The notes beneath the pieces were generated by a model. That model ran no database searches and had not been told where the DNA came from. It saw nothing but the letters and a program-made list of their open reading frames with translations. A DNA stretch of 64,000 nucleotides from Rhina ancylostomus (lineage: Eukaryota), in assembly GCA_030265395.1 (NCBI GenBank), contig JARFYF010000029.1:22812875-22876874 (forward strand), given 5' to 3'. Below, one piece after another: positions 49,182 to 63,109 of the stretch; the stretch's first letter is position 1; every line of letters starts with the position of its first letter. Position numbers and translations under genes: made by a program.

Positions 49182-52100
49182 CTATGTTTCATAAGTTTCA
49201 TATAGTATATTAAGTAACTACAAATACCTTTCCTTAACATACTCTTGTTCAATTAAAAAAAGACATTTGTTTGAATTTGAAGTTAACTAATTATCTAACC
49301 AGAGTCTACTTGATCATTAAAGAATTTAACTGCACCTATTCATATCTGCTTAGTCTGTCACACCTAAGTGTAAGTCTGCCCCAGAGACAAATTTTTCTAT
49401 GGCATTTGGTCAGGTCCTACCAGAATACATCTGTTATCATTATATAGCAAAGGAGGGTTGAGTGTAGTTGGGTGCTTGATAGTCAACTTCAGTGTGGTGG
49501 CAGAGGTCTGTTACTATGCTATGTCATTCTCTGATATCGATGGTGCTACCTGCAATGATCAATGCTGAAAGCTGAATTTGGGAAATATGCTGCTGAAACC
49601 TTCCCGCAGAAGAGCAACTTTGAGACGTGTACTAGTTATTAAGCTGCTGAAAATAATACCACCAAAAATACAGATGCAATGGTATGGTGGACTGGGATTG
49701 TCAGCGTGAGTTGGCAACCAATCTTGAAGTAGAATCCCAAAAGACAGATGGACTGAAGATCTTCATGCCACTAGCTCCTCCAGTCAAGCTGGCACCAGGC
49801 ATATTGGCTTATTTCTTTCCATTGGGACGAACCAGCTTGGCTGAGAGTGGGAAAATGATACACCTCTGTATCAGCTGCCAGTCTGATAAACAGATGCCAA
49901 ACAAATTTTAAAAAAATTAGGAAGTCTTTCAGAGTTCCAACAGTTTTTAACATCTCAAAACAGCCTCTAATTTACCAAAAAGGATGCAGAAAATACTGCC
50001 ATAAAATACATTCAGACATCTTCTAATCAATTAAAGAATCTGTTAACATTAATAAGCTTCGCTCCCCTGAATAGATCAGTTATTAAATTTGACTCTAAAG
50101 AAACTATCAGGTGTGCCAGAACCTGATAGTTTCTGCTCCTATATCCTATATTGTATGGTCTTAACTATACCTCAGCCACAAAATAATACATTTCATATGA
50201 TATACAACAGATTCACCATTGGTATAATGCAACCTACTTTGGATATTCATATTGCACATTAAACTGGCATTGTGGATCAACCTCCAGTTATGGAATGTAG
50301 CTAAGTTCCATTACTCTTGGAATCTCATAGAAAAGTGTTACAGGATGATTGAACTGACAGTATCTTGAGGAAATTTTTCATAACATTTACTGTATTTTGT
50401 ATATATGAATATATTATATATAGCTTTCCTCTTTTCACATGAAATTTCCACATATTGTTTGGTTTTACTAATATGTAATTACTGCACTTAGATGGGTGTA
50501 AGAGTTTGATTTAAGTGTAAAATAAGATCAACAGTTCTTTCAATAGTAATCATTGGGATATAGTTTAGTTTTTTGGATTTCAATGTTTGATTTAGAATCA
50601 GTTGGATGAGGCTTTAATCTCCAAATGTATAAAATAGAGAAGTCAATTTGAGTTCAGTATTATTCATCATTTGAACAATTACTTTATATAGCTGATGGAT
50701 GAGTTGTATCAACTTCAATTGGATTAAAAAGCTGTTTTAACAACCACTGCCTTGTGCAGAACACAATGAAAATCTAACCATTATTTCCCTTGGAATTTCA
50801 CAGAAACATATTTGATGATACTTATGTAAACATGTATTGTCAGTTGGGATTGGAATTTTGTGATCATGGAGTCGTAGAGTCATAGAGCAACAAAGCACAG
50901 ATACAGGCCCTTCAGCCCAACAAGTCCATGCTAACCACAGTGCCCACCCAGCTAGTCCCAATTTCCAAGATCATTATATACTCGGGAGACTGTTATTTCT
51001 GTGTAACATTTGCTCTTAACTTTATTGAAATGTATTGGGATGGCAGTTTGTTGAAATTTAATTGTCTTGTTTTCAGTACAAAGCAACAATCTGATGCCAA
51101 GAAAAGTAATAGCAGCAGCTTCAGTGTAGTTTATGATGATTGTAGATAATACTGTTATTTTGTTACTTTAAAAGCTTTTTGTAAAATAGTTTAATAGTGA
51201 AATTAACTAAAATCTCTATATCAGATTCTCATGATTTACAACCTGTGGCTTTAACTTTAACTGTGTTTTTCTGTTATTGCTAAAAATCTCCTTTATTATT
51301 AGCGGTTGTGATGTGAATCTAAATGTACTTATTGTGAAAACACTTAGACAGTGAGTGAGTCATCATTTCCTGAGGGAGAGCATTGTAACTTTTTATTGTC
51401 CCTGGACAAAAGTTATATTTAAAACTGTTTACTGAAGCATATGATTGAGCATATTGAACATCATTTATTATTTATTAGTTTTAAAATATAATTGGAAATG
51501 GGGGGGGGAGGGTGAAATACCCCAAGATATTTTGTGGAAAAAAACTTAATGGAACTATTTTTTCCTTTAGAACCCAGGTGCAGTCTTAACCACAGCACAA
51601 AATTTCCATCTGGTATACAGCTGCGTTACATTCATTTCCAGTGTGTCACAACAGCAATCACATCACTTACATTATTGTGTGCATGTCCAAGAAGTGAAAG
51701 GGTAAGTTCCTTGCTTAGCTTCTCATCCAGGTGGTCCTAATTTCCACTGTAAATCTTAGATCCTTATTCAATTCCTTTTTAAAACTTCCAAATTAAACTT
51801 TGTTATTGTACCAACTGGGCCAGAGGCCATTCACTGATGTTAATGCTGTCACATTTGTTTTGATCTTGTACAATCAAATTTAATATAATACAGGAATATC
51901 CTTAATAATAATGCAGAAAAGAAAGTTATATTTTTATTTAAAAATAGCCCAGGGATTCATTTGCTATACTTGGTAACATTTAAAGTTATTGGAGGCTAAA
52001 TTGGTCCGAGTGGTAGCATTTCAGAGTCTAATGATTAAAATGGCATCCAAGGGCAAATACATACTTTTGATAGAAAAATGTGGAGGATGCATTATGGTAA

Positions 52101-52236
52101 AGATTAGTGTGCACATTGAAGGCTACCTAATGACTGCTGGAAGCGTACAGAGTAGATGACAGTGATGCAATCTAGTGTGCAATGCTGATTTCTATCAAAC
52201 CTGCCACTTTCTAAGTGCACACACCTGAGAATTACC

Positions 52237-52895
52237 TGTTCTAGTATGAAAGCACGTGACAGTGACAACACTGACCCCTCTGGTCGGAGGACAGCATTGC
52301 CTATCGGATCAGAAGTGACAGCACTGCCAATCAAGGTTCGACTCCACCCCACCCATCAGGTGTGGGCAGAGGGATTGGCCTCAGAGAGCATCTTTGTTCC
52401 TGGGCCTGCCTGACCATTGGCCTTGGTAAACACCTTTGTCTTTGACCTCCAAGCCACTGGCCTGTCTAAATTACCTGGCCGGGCTCCACCCAGCCTATAA
52501 AGAGTGCTGCACATTCCTAGCTCTCTCTCTTTCAACTGCCCCAGGAATAGTGAAACAATGCTGCAGAGACCATTGGTAAGAGTGTGCACCACCATGGTTT
52601 GGGAGCATCTTAGTCAGATTCCAGGGAGTGTTAGGGCCAATGCTTGTTTGGGTCAAGGTGCTCAGGCTTTGAAGTGTTTATCCCTTGATAAGCTGCACCT
52701 TGTTTATTGTGTGTTTGTCTCATCCTCATTGCAATCCCCCTCATGTTTATGGTCTCCTGTGTGTGTGAGTGTGCATCTGTTCCCATTCATTCCGTTCCTG
52801 TGTTTGCCTTTGCAATTAAACTCTTTTTAAGATCCAAATCCTGTGCCCAGAGTCCTCCATCTTTAAGATTCCAAAAGAGTCTTTTTCACACAACA
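52237..52895 (+). mobile_element. Possible solo LTR of a second family
   Basis: TGTT...AACA ends, TATAAA near 52497 followed by ctctctct, and ATTAAA near 52815. No clean TSD was found and the left boundary is uncertain. Confidence 0.45.
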
Positions 52896-53904
52896 CCTGT
52901 GATCACACAGATATGAAGAAGACATTAAACTAAATGTTGGTACTTCATTAGTGTTAGCCATCTTAAAGTATCCTCATCACCAGCATACAAAGCATAAATG
53001 CCAATAAGGTACCTCAGTTAATAGACATGATGTCGTGCTGTAGGATGTGGCTTTTGTGTGTCCACAAAGGTATTTGCTGCAGTTGTGAAGGATGAAGAGT
53101 TCAGGTGTGGTGTCAGGTCCAGATTGAAAGCATTTGAGAAGAATGCAACTGAGCACTGATACAAACAAGTAGGTGATACATCAGCAATTTCTTACTCATA
53201 GATATCAAGCCTACTAATATCTCTCAAGGACTCCGTTGATTTCTTTGTTACCTATTTGCTGTGAAATACAGCATAGCATGCAAGGTCAATTTGATATTTT
53301 GGGCTTTTATGAATGGGTATAGCAGTTTCATTGCAGTCAAATTACTGGACCAGTAACCTAAAAGCCTGGTAGATGTGTAATTTAAATTCATTTAAAACCT
53401 GGAAAGTTAAAAAAAATTATTAGTAGCAATGACCACAGAATTTTTATAAAAATCCATCTGATTCACTGATGCCTTCAGAGGAGGAAACCTTTCATCCTGG
53501 CTGACAGGCAATTCCTGACCCAATGTGGTTGACTGCAATGGTCTTGCAATCTACTCAATTGTATGAGAGCTGTTGTGTTGAAACAGGGATAGAATACAAT
53601 TGGGCAGATCACCTGACATCGACCTATGGATCAAATTTGGATGCAGCAAGTTGGTCTGGTCCAGTCAGCTTTCAAAATACTCCATTAGGGATGGACAATT
53701 AAATGCTGGCTGAGCCTGCAAAACCCACATCCTTTGAATGAATAAAATGATGTTAGAGACCCATGCCACAGATTAGTCAAACAATAGCTTGACACAGCCA
53801 TGCTTATTGAATCATACCTTACATACGATACTCTAGAATCTTCCATCACACTCCCTGGGTATATCCTATTCCACAGGTAAGACAGATCCGTTGTGATGGT
53901 GGTG

Positions 53905-54650
53905 GCAGTGATGGGGAAATTACTGTAGAAGATTCTTAGGGATAGGATCTACTCAATCTGGAAAAGCATAGACATTAGGGATAGTCAACATGGCTTTGTG
54001 CAGGGGAGATCACATCTTACAAACTTGATTGAGATTTTTGAAGAGGTGACGAAGATGATTGATGAGGACAGGGCAGTGGATGTTGTCTGCATGGACTTCA
54101 GTAAAGCTTTCGGCTTGGTCCCTTGTGGTAGACTGATCCAGATGAGTCACCAAGATATTGCCTGAATTAGAGAGCATTAGCTACAACGAGAGGTTGGACA
54201 AACTTGGATTGTTTTCTCTTGAGCATCAGAGGCTGAAGGGTGACATGATTGAAGTATGTGAGTTATGAGAAGTATGTAAATTTATTGAAGTATATAAGTT
54301 ATGAGGAGGTAAGAAGACAGTAGAGAGTCAGTCTTTTTTCCAGGATGGAAATGTCAGAAACTGAAGGGTATAGCTTTAAGGAGAGAGGGGAAAAGTTTAA
54401 AGGAGATTTAAGTGGCAAGTTCTCTACACAGAGGGTGGTAGGTGCCTTGACTACACTGCCAGGGAAGGTGGTGGAAGTACATATGATAGCAATGTTTAAG
54501 AGGCACTGAGATAAGCACATGAACAGGCAGGGAATTGAGGAATATAGACCACGTGCAGGCAGATGTGCAGTTTAAGTTGACATCATGGTTGACGCAGACA
54601 TGGTGGGCTGAAGGGCCTGTTCCTGTCCTATACTATTCTGTTTTATGTTA
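53905..54650 (+). mobile_element. CR1 fragment with large internal deletion
   Basis: SQHGFVQGRSxLTNLIExFEEVTKMIDExRAVDVVCMDFSKAF joins directly to the C-terminal ERLDKLGLFSLE segment and the 3' tail. Confidence 0.88.
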
Positions 54651-57600
54651 AAAGCACCAGATTACAATTTCCAACAAGAATGAATCTAACAGCTACATTT
54701 CGTAGCCATACAATTGACAAATATCCGATCGTCAACATCCAGAGAGATCAGCATTGACCAGAAATTCAACTGGACCAGTCACATAAATAGGGTGGCTACA
54801 AAATCGGTTCAGAGGCTGGGTATCCTTTGAGTAAACATTTATCCTGTCTCAAGGCTCTTTAAATAGGCATGATCAGATAAAAATGGCCAACAAGCCGATG
54901 AAGGAGATGGTAGATGCGTAATTGTTTTAACATTCATTCAGAGAGCTGTCTAGGATTTTTAGCTTACCTTTATGTTGTGAGAAAGGTTCTTTTGGGATCT
55001 TGAAGGTAAAAGGTATCTGGACACAGTGTCTTTGTACTTTAAAAGGAGGATTTTTATTGACAAAGACAGACNNNNNNNNNNNNNNNNNNNNNNNNNNNNN
55101 NNNNNNNNNNNNNNNNNNNNNNNNNNNNNNNNNNNNNNNNNNNNNNNNNNNNNNNNNNNNNNNNNNNNNNNGAGTGGTCCAGCAAGGAGAAAGGTGTTTA
55201 CCTAGAGTGGTGGAGTCAAACCTTGATTGACAGTGGTGTCGCTTTTGGCCATGTGCTCAATGGTGTCACTGTCGCTTGACAGCGATGACCTTTTACACTA
55301 CACTTTATTTATCATAAATCGCTGGTGTATTAGAAGACAACCAGGATTCAACCAAGTGATTGTCTATGGAACTGATGTCAATATAAGCCAGACTACTTGA
55401 AAATAATTGCACTTCCTTCTTCAAAATACATTCATTTTCAATGCTGCTTTGTTTTTCTCACTTATCTTTACAACCAAATTCAAATTCTCTTCCAGGTGTG
55501 GGAGAAGAGAAGTGATATTTCAAAAGACATTTTGGAGGGGAAAATGTTTTAAAAGGACAGTTCCAGAACCGAGGACCTGGATGGCTGAAGATAAGGCAAA
55601 CAGAGATTTACCAGAAGCCAGTGCCATAGGATTGCAGGGAAATATAGAATATAGCAGGAAATGTAGGGATGTAAAAGATTTTGGAAAAAAGGACTTGACC
55701 ATAAGAGGAGTTAAAAATAGGGATAAAAATTTTATATCTATGCTGTTGCAAAACCTTAGCTTTAAATGTCATGGCCATGAGGTTAACATAGATAAATCAG
55801 TTCTATCAAGTTGCACTTTTGTTTTGTGAGCTTTATAGTTTTTGTGGTAAGTACATAATCTAATTTTTAGGTGGGTTACCACAAACAAGAAGAGTATTGT
55901 TGAGGTCAGATGTTTCGAATAAATGTTTTTGAAATAAAACTGTGTAATAACATGGAATTGAAATATTAAAAAATAATGCTTTATTGCAGTGAGGTGATCA
56001 TACAACACTTTAAACCAAAAATCAGTGATTGTTAGTGGAATTAAGTGAGATTACACAGCACTGCAGCATAATTAATTCTAATAGTTTTGCAAGAGGTTTT
56101 GCTGGACTACTTTTTGACAATAATAAGTCAAAGATTGCATTTAAATGTCTGCTTAGTACACTTTAATTTTCTTTCTTTGCAACACATTTGTAGCAAGCTG
56201 GCTGCGGTATTTAGAACCCGAGACTGCAGTTTCAAAATATGGGATCAGCCATTCAGGATACAGTTGAGAAGACATTTCCTCACACAGACAAAAGTGAATC
56301 TTTGAAAGAGGGTTGTTGAGGCTTAGACACAGTACTTTTAAGACAAGGATGATAGATTTAAATATTAAAGGAATCAAGGGACATAAGGTCATTGCAGGAA
56401 GGTGGCGCTGAGGAAAAAAAAATCCATGATTCTAGGGATTGCCAAGGAGGCACAAGGGGCAAGATGGCTGACTTTGGTTCTGTTTCTTATGTTCTGATGT
56501 CTTTTTGCAGGTGAATTTATTTATTTGGTTCATCAATAGGATGGATCAAATTTTTTTCAAAGTCAGTACATGATGAACTTTACTAAGCTTATTCCACAAG
56601 TACTTTATATTTATTACATAATCATAAAAATTTTCAGCACAGAAGGAAGCCTTTGGGTCTGTCATAGCTATGCTGGTCTTTCAAATGATTTTTTCCCCAC
56701 ATCTCAGCATTTTGTTTATATATTAGATAATAAACAATTAAGGGATTTTTCATGAAATTGTTATTAGATCTACAATTATTTTTACACTGTATGTCCCTGA
56801 CAGAATAGTGTATTTAATGTTAAAGAATGTTATTGCATCATAAAGAAAACATTAATTTTAATGCCATTAGCATAATTCCTCTTCAATATTGCATTCATTT
56901 TTATTCTGTAGAATAGCTATGATCTTTCTTGAACATAAAAAGTTATAAATACATGCTCCGTCAAGCACAAGAATGTACTATTCAAGGATTTAAAAAGAAG
57001 TCAGATTAAACATTCTTTCTGCAAGGCTGCACAGCCAATCATCAGTGAGGTTTACCAACCATGAGACCTAAGTTGCCTTAGGATGAGGGAAAAGCTAATT
57101 TAGTGCAATACAAATATCACCTTAGGGGTAGCTTTGGACAAACTGTTCTGCTAATGATAATTTTGAAATGTAATTTACTTCTAGTATGGGCCTGATTTTT
57201 CTAGTACATTGGATGTCCGTTGTAACCAGACAAACCAAGTCACCATTGATAGCAGAATGAAAGGAGGGTGAAATTCAACTTTGGTAGTAGTGTCAAACCA
57301 GATTGTAAATCTATACCCCATTTTACAACTTGCTGGATTTTTCTTTTCCATTGACTATTGTGCAAAATGGTCAACTGACTTACTGATCATTTTATACTAC
57401 TGACAAAGTCAAATTTCACTCCCAATAATTCTGAGTTGCTTGTGCATCTGTGTTTACTTCACATAAGTTTTCATTTTTGAAACTTCATTCAAATGCCTGG
57501 GGACTCACAGACTTGTTTCTCAGTAATAGCATCCTTTGCAAGTTTCATCACTGGTCTTGATTTTTTCAGCTGTATGTCAATATGCCGGCAACTTTGATCA

Positions 57601-58249
57601 ATGATGAAACCAAGTGGCTCTTGCTGAGATGTGAGAGGAGAAAGAAAAGAATCATTAATATGTGCAGTTTAAATTAAAATTTAAAATAACTGTTGTTATG
57701 TAGTAAGTTAAGATTCCTCTGGTCATTTGCAAAGGGTCACTTTCCCTTTGAGTCTCACTGTAAGGTTTCATGTTTGTTCCCACCCAGACAAAAGGTTTTC
57801 TTAAGAAGTCCTGTGAGCAACCAAAAGAAGTAGAAATGATGGACCAGAATTGGATTCTTGTACGTTATGGGAAAAGTGATCTGAACAGAATGAGTGATTC
57901 AATCAAAGAAAATCTGACAATTAGGACATGGAAACAGGAATACACTATTTTGCCCTTGAGTGTATTTTGCCACTCATTGAGATCAATGTGATCTCTTCTT
58001 TAAGCTCCTACATCTACATGTTTTGGCTCCATATCATTTTATATCCCAGACTTTCAAAGATTCATAGATGATACTTAAATAACATTATTATAGGTTCAAG
58101 CATCACCTGATTTTGTAAGAGAAAGTTTAATATTTTGGTCAACAATTGCCTAAAGGAGTATCTTAGGTTTTTTTTTACCTTTTTTGTTGTACTAGAGATG
58201 CCATGTATATAGCTTTAGCCTGATTAGATCCATTTCTTGTTAGGCTGTG

Positions 58250-58560
58250 CCTCAGGATTGAGATGACATGCTTCCACTCCTGTTTTGTGCGTTCTGAAAT
58301 AGCTGATGAGGATAATGAGAACAGCAGATTCTTATAAAGATGGGCAGCAGGTGCCTGATGGGGCAGGCAGATGGGTGGTCTGTAATCTGGTGTTCTCCCT
58401 CTATTACTTATGCTGGGCTTCTGTATGCTGCTGATGCATGGACTCAAAGTTCTCAATATCATCCTGAGTGTTCCTTCTCCACTGTGAGTGATCGTGGCCT
58501 AGAGGTTGTCTGGACTCAGTGGGAATCTTGTACACAGAAACGTGCTAAAATTGGGTCCTG
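58250..58560 (-). mobile_element. RTE-like 3' fragment
   Basis: Reverse complement resembles the RTE tails seen at about 17200 and 37550 (ctcatcagc..agtggaagcatgtcatc). Confidence 0.5.
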
Positions 58561-59704
58561 TGAAGTCCCTGATAGGACTGGGCTTAATTGAATGTTTGCT
58601 ACAAATCTATCTGAGAATGACATCACTCCTTAAAGGCACAATCCCCATGAAAGTACATAACAGAGTATTTCATCATGTTAAGGTGAGCAAGCATTTGAGA
58701 ATGGAAGCAAACTCAAGAAATGTTTCACTTCAGAGTAACAGTAGGCAACAGCCCTGATATGATTATCAACAAATAACCTACTAGAAAAAGATGAATTTTC
58801 CACAGGCTAAAATCTAACAGTAATGACAGTCCTCGGTCTCCTCCACTGTCAGGAGAATTCATTTTCTTTTTCAATCTTTTTTATTAGTTTTCAAATCAAT
58901 ACAAAATGGTATATAACATCAAAGTTTGAACATATCTTACAAAGAGATCTGGATATCACTCAAATCATAGATAACCATACAANNNNNNNNNNNNNNNNNN
59001 NNNNNNNNNNNNNNNNNNNNNNNNNNNNNNNNNNNNNNNNNNNNNNNNNNNNNNNNNNNNNNNNNNNNNNNNNNNNNNNNNNAACATATTGTTGCAAGAA
59101 AAGGAATGAAGTCCAGGCTATATCATTGTATCATTCAATGTCCCTGCTCCACCCATCCAAGGCAGATGCTCATTCCCATTGGTGACCCAGCGGAGAGCTT
59201 TCATAACAAGCACAACAGGAAATAGATGCTCACGCATTGCAAGTAAACTGCCATTTCCTTTCCAGAAAGTAATTGTGAAGGTTCACAGCTTAACCACCCT
59301 GCATTATATTCATCACTGGCCTGTCCAGAACTAAGGCAAATTTACACATCCTTCCAACAAGACCTCCTTTTAGGAGACCTCTATCCTTGCTTAAGGATCA
59401 GGACTGGGGAAGGAAGAGAAAATAGATTCAAAACTAGTGCTAGTAAATGCATCAAGGAGCCTGATGCTGAGCTCTTTGGGCTGGGACTTGCCAGGTTCCA
59501 TCCAGATTGTGAACCGGGTTAGCTGAGTCAGGGCAGTGGGCTGGACACAACTGCCTTTAGCATGCCAGTTCTTTACCTCTCCCCTGCAACCCTGTGTATG
59601 ATTACATCAACATTGTGAGTGCGTGTTTGTGTTGTATGTATACATCAAGTGAGCGTTGGCCATTGAGAGACAATAGCTGCTGAGCTCCGCGATTTCCTCT
59701 CTAA

Positions 59705-60320
59705 ACCTAAAAACACGATGATGCCAGAGCAACTCAGCAGGAGGCAGCACCCCGGCCTGCTGAGTTCCTCCAGCATTGTCATGTTTTTCACCTAGATTCC
59801 AGCATCTGCAGTCCTTTTGTTTCTCTAAAATCTGACAGGTGTTGTAGTGTCAAAACAAAACATACAGGTGCCTGAAACATGAAATAATGCTGAAAATGCT
59901 GCAGATACTAAGCAGGTCAGGCATCATCAGTGGAGAGAAATGGAGTAAACCTTTCATGTTGATGATCATTTATCAGAACTGGAAAAGGAGATAACAGGCA
60001 CGTTTCAAGTTGCAGAGAAGGGAAAGGAGTGGCTAGAAGGAAGGAATTGTTTGTGATATCATAGAGAGCAAGAGAATCCAGGTGAAACAAATGAGAGGGT
60101 GGTAAATGCTCGGTAGCTGATCTCCCAATGTAAGTACAGGGATGGCAACAGAGAGTAGAAAAACAGTTCAGGTACTGAGATACAGAGCACAACATGTACT
60201 GGAAATGTAAAGCAAGACGGAATGCTGGAAATATCCAGCAGGTCAGGTAGTATTCATGGAGAGGAAAAACAACAACTTAATGTTACAAGTTGATAGCCTA
60301 ATATCAGAATTAGTCAATTC
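59705..60320. repeat. Cluster of Penelope pLTR-derived units
   Basis: Repeated atgctg..agcaggtcaggcagcatc-type motifs in direct and inverted orientation. Confidence 0.7.
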
Positions 60321-61129
60321 TGAACATAGTCTGGCAATATCTGCTTTAGAATCACAAAGAGCATAAACTGATACAATTTTCCTTTTCCAAGTTAGTGTAA
60401 AAACTGAAAAAAAAACTACAAAATTCTCAGAACATTTTAAATACAAGAAAATAAGCCAGATAGAAATTATTCTTAAAGTGAAAATGCTGTTTGAGGTAAA
60501 AGATAAACCATTATTGTTGAATGCCGGAGCAAGTTTGAGGGCCAATGGTTACTCCTGCTCCTATTCCTTATGAACTTATAGAATTTCTTCAACATTTACA
60601 ATATTACAACAGTTTTTATTTGTCTATGGGAGCAGGTGATGCATTGGGGTAATTGGGTAATGTGGCAAGTCCAAGAGAACAGTGAAGTGAATTTAAGGCA
60701 CATAGCAATAGATTCTAGAAAAATGCTTTCCTGTGGTTCTGTTCAATTATTAAAAGAACTATATGCCAATGACCTTTATTGAATGATAGATGGACATATT
60801 AAAAAGCAGCTGAGAAATGCCAATGGCATCTTTAATTCATTGAAGGCTTTGGCAAATTTTGCACAGATTAGAAATAAGTCATCTGGTATCCAGAATTTCT
60901 GGGATAATATTTAAACATGTTGTTTTTCTCTTTGGAAACTTGTTGAATAAAGGATGCCAGTAGAATTAATCGATGATATAATTATCTTGTGACTCATATA
61001 ATGTCCCTGGTAGGACCTCTCCCTTTTTACACCTTTGGTACATAGGTGAATTTACTGGTCTCTTACCAAAGCTGCTTGTAATTTCCTTCAATCCTTTTGA
61101 GTCAATGTTGGCTAATCCCCACTTATTTC

Positions 61130-61380
61130 CCTGTAACATATTTGCTCTCACATGCCCACTAACACCCCTCTAATTCTTTTACTATTCATCTAGACTAGCA
61201 GCAATTTACTTATGCCAATTAACCCAGCAACTAGCATATCTTTGGGAGGTGGGAGGAAGTCAAAGCATCCGGGGGACCTCAAGCAGTCATAGGAAGAACA
61301 GGCAAACTCCACACAGAAGGCACCAGAGGTCAGAACCAAACCTGGGTTGGTGAAACTGTGAGGCATCACTGTGCCGTACA
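61130..61380 (-). mobile_element. Older V-SINE copy
   Basis: V-domain remnant (cccggatgctttgacttcctcccacctcccaaaga on the minus strand) and a tRNA-like head. Confidence 0.65.
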
Positions 61381-62269
61381 TGATTTGGCTGTAAAGAAGG
61401 CCATGTCACTATTGCTTCTTCTGTGAGCTTGCTTTCTGCCTACATCACCGAATCGTACCCTGGAGTAAAATGTNNNNNNNNNNTCTCAATTCTGCTGGTG
61501 ATTCTTCGTACTCCTTCATCGAGTGTGTTAAATGTTTTACTTGGATTCTCCCATGTGTCAGCCCTCATGTTAAACAATCCCATAACTGATCCAAAAAGGT
61601 CCAAAAGTTGCACCTTTTAGCTTTTGTTTTTATGCTGACCAGATATTCACAAACTATTTCCTCTGGTCTCTGCTTGCGTATGGCAAATTTGTAACTCTCA
61701 AATCTTTGAAGTCACTGGTTTAAAATGACCCATCAGAACTTTTACAATGTCCTAATCTGGGATACTGGAAACTCAACAATGTCTCATGTNNNNNNNNNNN
61801 NNNNNNNNNNNNNNNNNNNNNNNNNNNNNNNNNNNNNNNNNNNNNNNNNNNNNNNNNNNNNNNNNNNNNNNNNNNNNNNNNNNNNNNNNTGCCTCAGGCC
61901 ACACTGCCAGCAACAATGTTGTCTTCCACTTTTTGAGTACAGCTGCAATCCTGTCTTTTGTGCCTTTTCCTGTGATTTCAATTATATTATTTGCTTTCAG
62001 GAACATCTTCAATCATTCCATATACACAACAAACAGTCGAGATTTCTCACATTTCTCAAGCCTGCTGACATAATTGCAATATCCAGCGCCTGCAATCACT
62101 ACTGCTTTATCAAGAAAACCCCATTCATTATTACCTCAAGCTGCAACACCCCAAAATCATCAACAATGTGGTGACTGCTGGCTCTTTTGTGTTGCTCTTT
62201 ACTAAGGCAAGTTATGAGGACAGACCTACCAACATAACCTCCTTTATGGATGTTGGTCAACGCTCATCT

Positions 62270-63025
62270 AAGAGCAAAAACAGAGTGCTGGAAACACCCA
62301 GCAGGTCAGGCAGCATTTATGGAAAGATAAACAGTTAAAGCTCCAGGTCAAAGACCCTTCACCAGAAAAGGATACAAAAAAAGAGAAGACAAGTCAGTCT
62401 TCAGTTTCAGAGAGAGTGGGGGCAGGGATGAACAAGACAAAGGGGATATCTCTGATAGGGTAATGCCAGGGTTGCCATGGTGATTATGTTATGAAACCAT
62501 CTGGTTGACAGATTAATGAGGGCAGTTAGAGAGAAGACAGGGATATGTAAAACTATGAAAAGCAGATTACATCTGCTGCTGAGAACTGAACCAAAAAGAG
62601 AATATTGAAAATGCCTAGCAGATCAGGCAGTGTCTATGGAGAGGCCCCAATTGGGTCAAATTGTTGGAGAAATTAAAACAGAAAATATTGGAAACACGGT
62701 GGACAGAGAAACAGAGTTAACTTTTCAGGTCCAAGATCCTTCATCTGAACTGGGAAAAAGAGAAAACAAGTTAGTTTTTGGTTACAGAGGTAGGAGGGAT
62801 GGATTGAACAAAGGGAGTATCTCTGATAGAGTGAGACCAAATGGAGGCACAAAAAAGACTGCAGATGCTGGAATCTGGTGCCACACACAAGATGCTGGAG
62901 GAGCTCAGCAGGTAAGGCAGCAGATATGGAGGGAAATGGACAGTTTGTTTCAGGTTGAGGCCTTTGTTTTGTCCATTTCCCTCCACAGATGTTGCCTGAC
63001 CCACTGAGTTCCTCCAGCATCTCGG
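62270..63025. repeat. Tandem and inverted cluster of Penelope pLTR-derived units
   Basis: At least 3 minus-strand units (about 62280, 62600-62700, 62855) and one inverted unit (about 62970-63022). Confidence 0.75.
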
Positions 63026-63109
63026 GAGACCACATGTGTAGTTAGAGGCAGATTATGCTTCTTTATTTGTGTTATATATTGCTAAAAGCAGGCTGTGAAA
63101 CATGCCCAG

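Noticed and set aside
55407-55829. 140-aa ORF behind a strong-looking splice acceptor (ttctcttccag near 55495)
   Set aside because: No recognisable domain, and the sequence resembles antisense L2 remnants elsewhere in the window. A lncRNA exon cannot be excluded.
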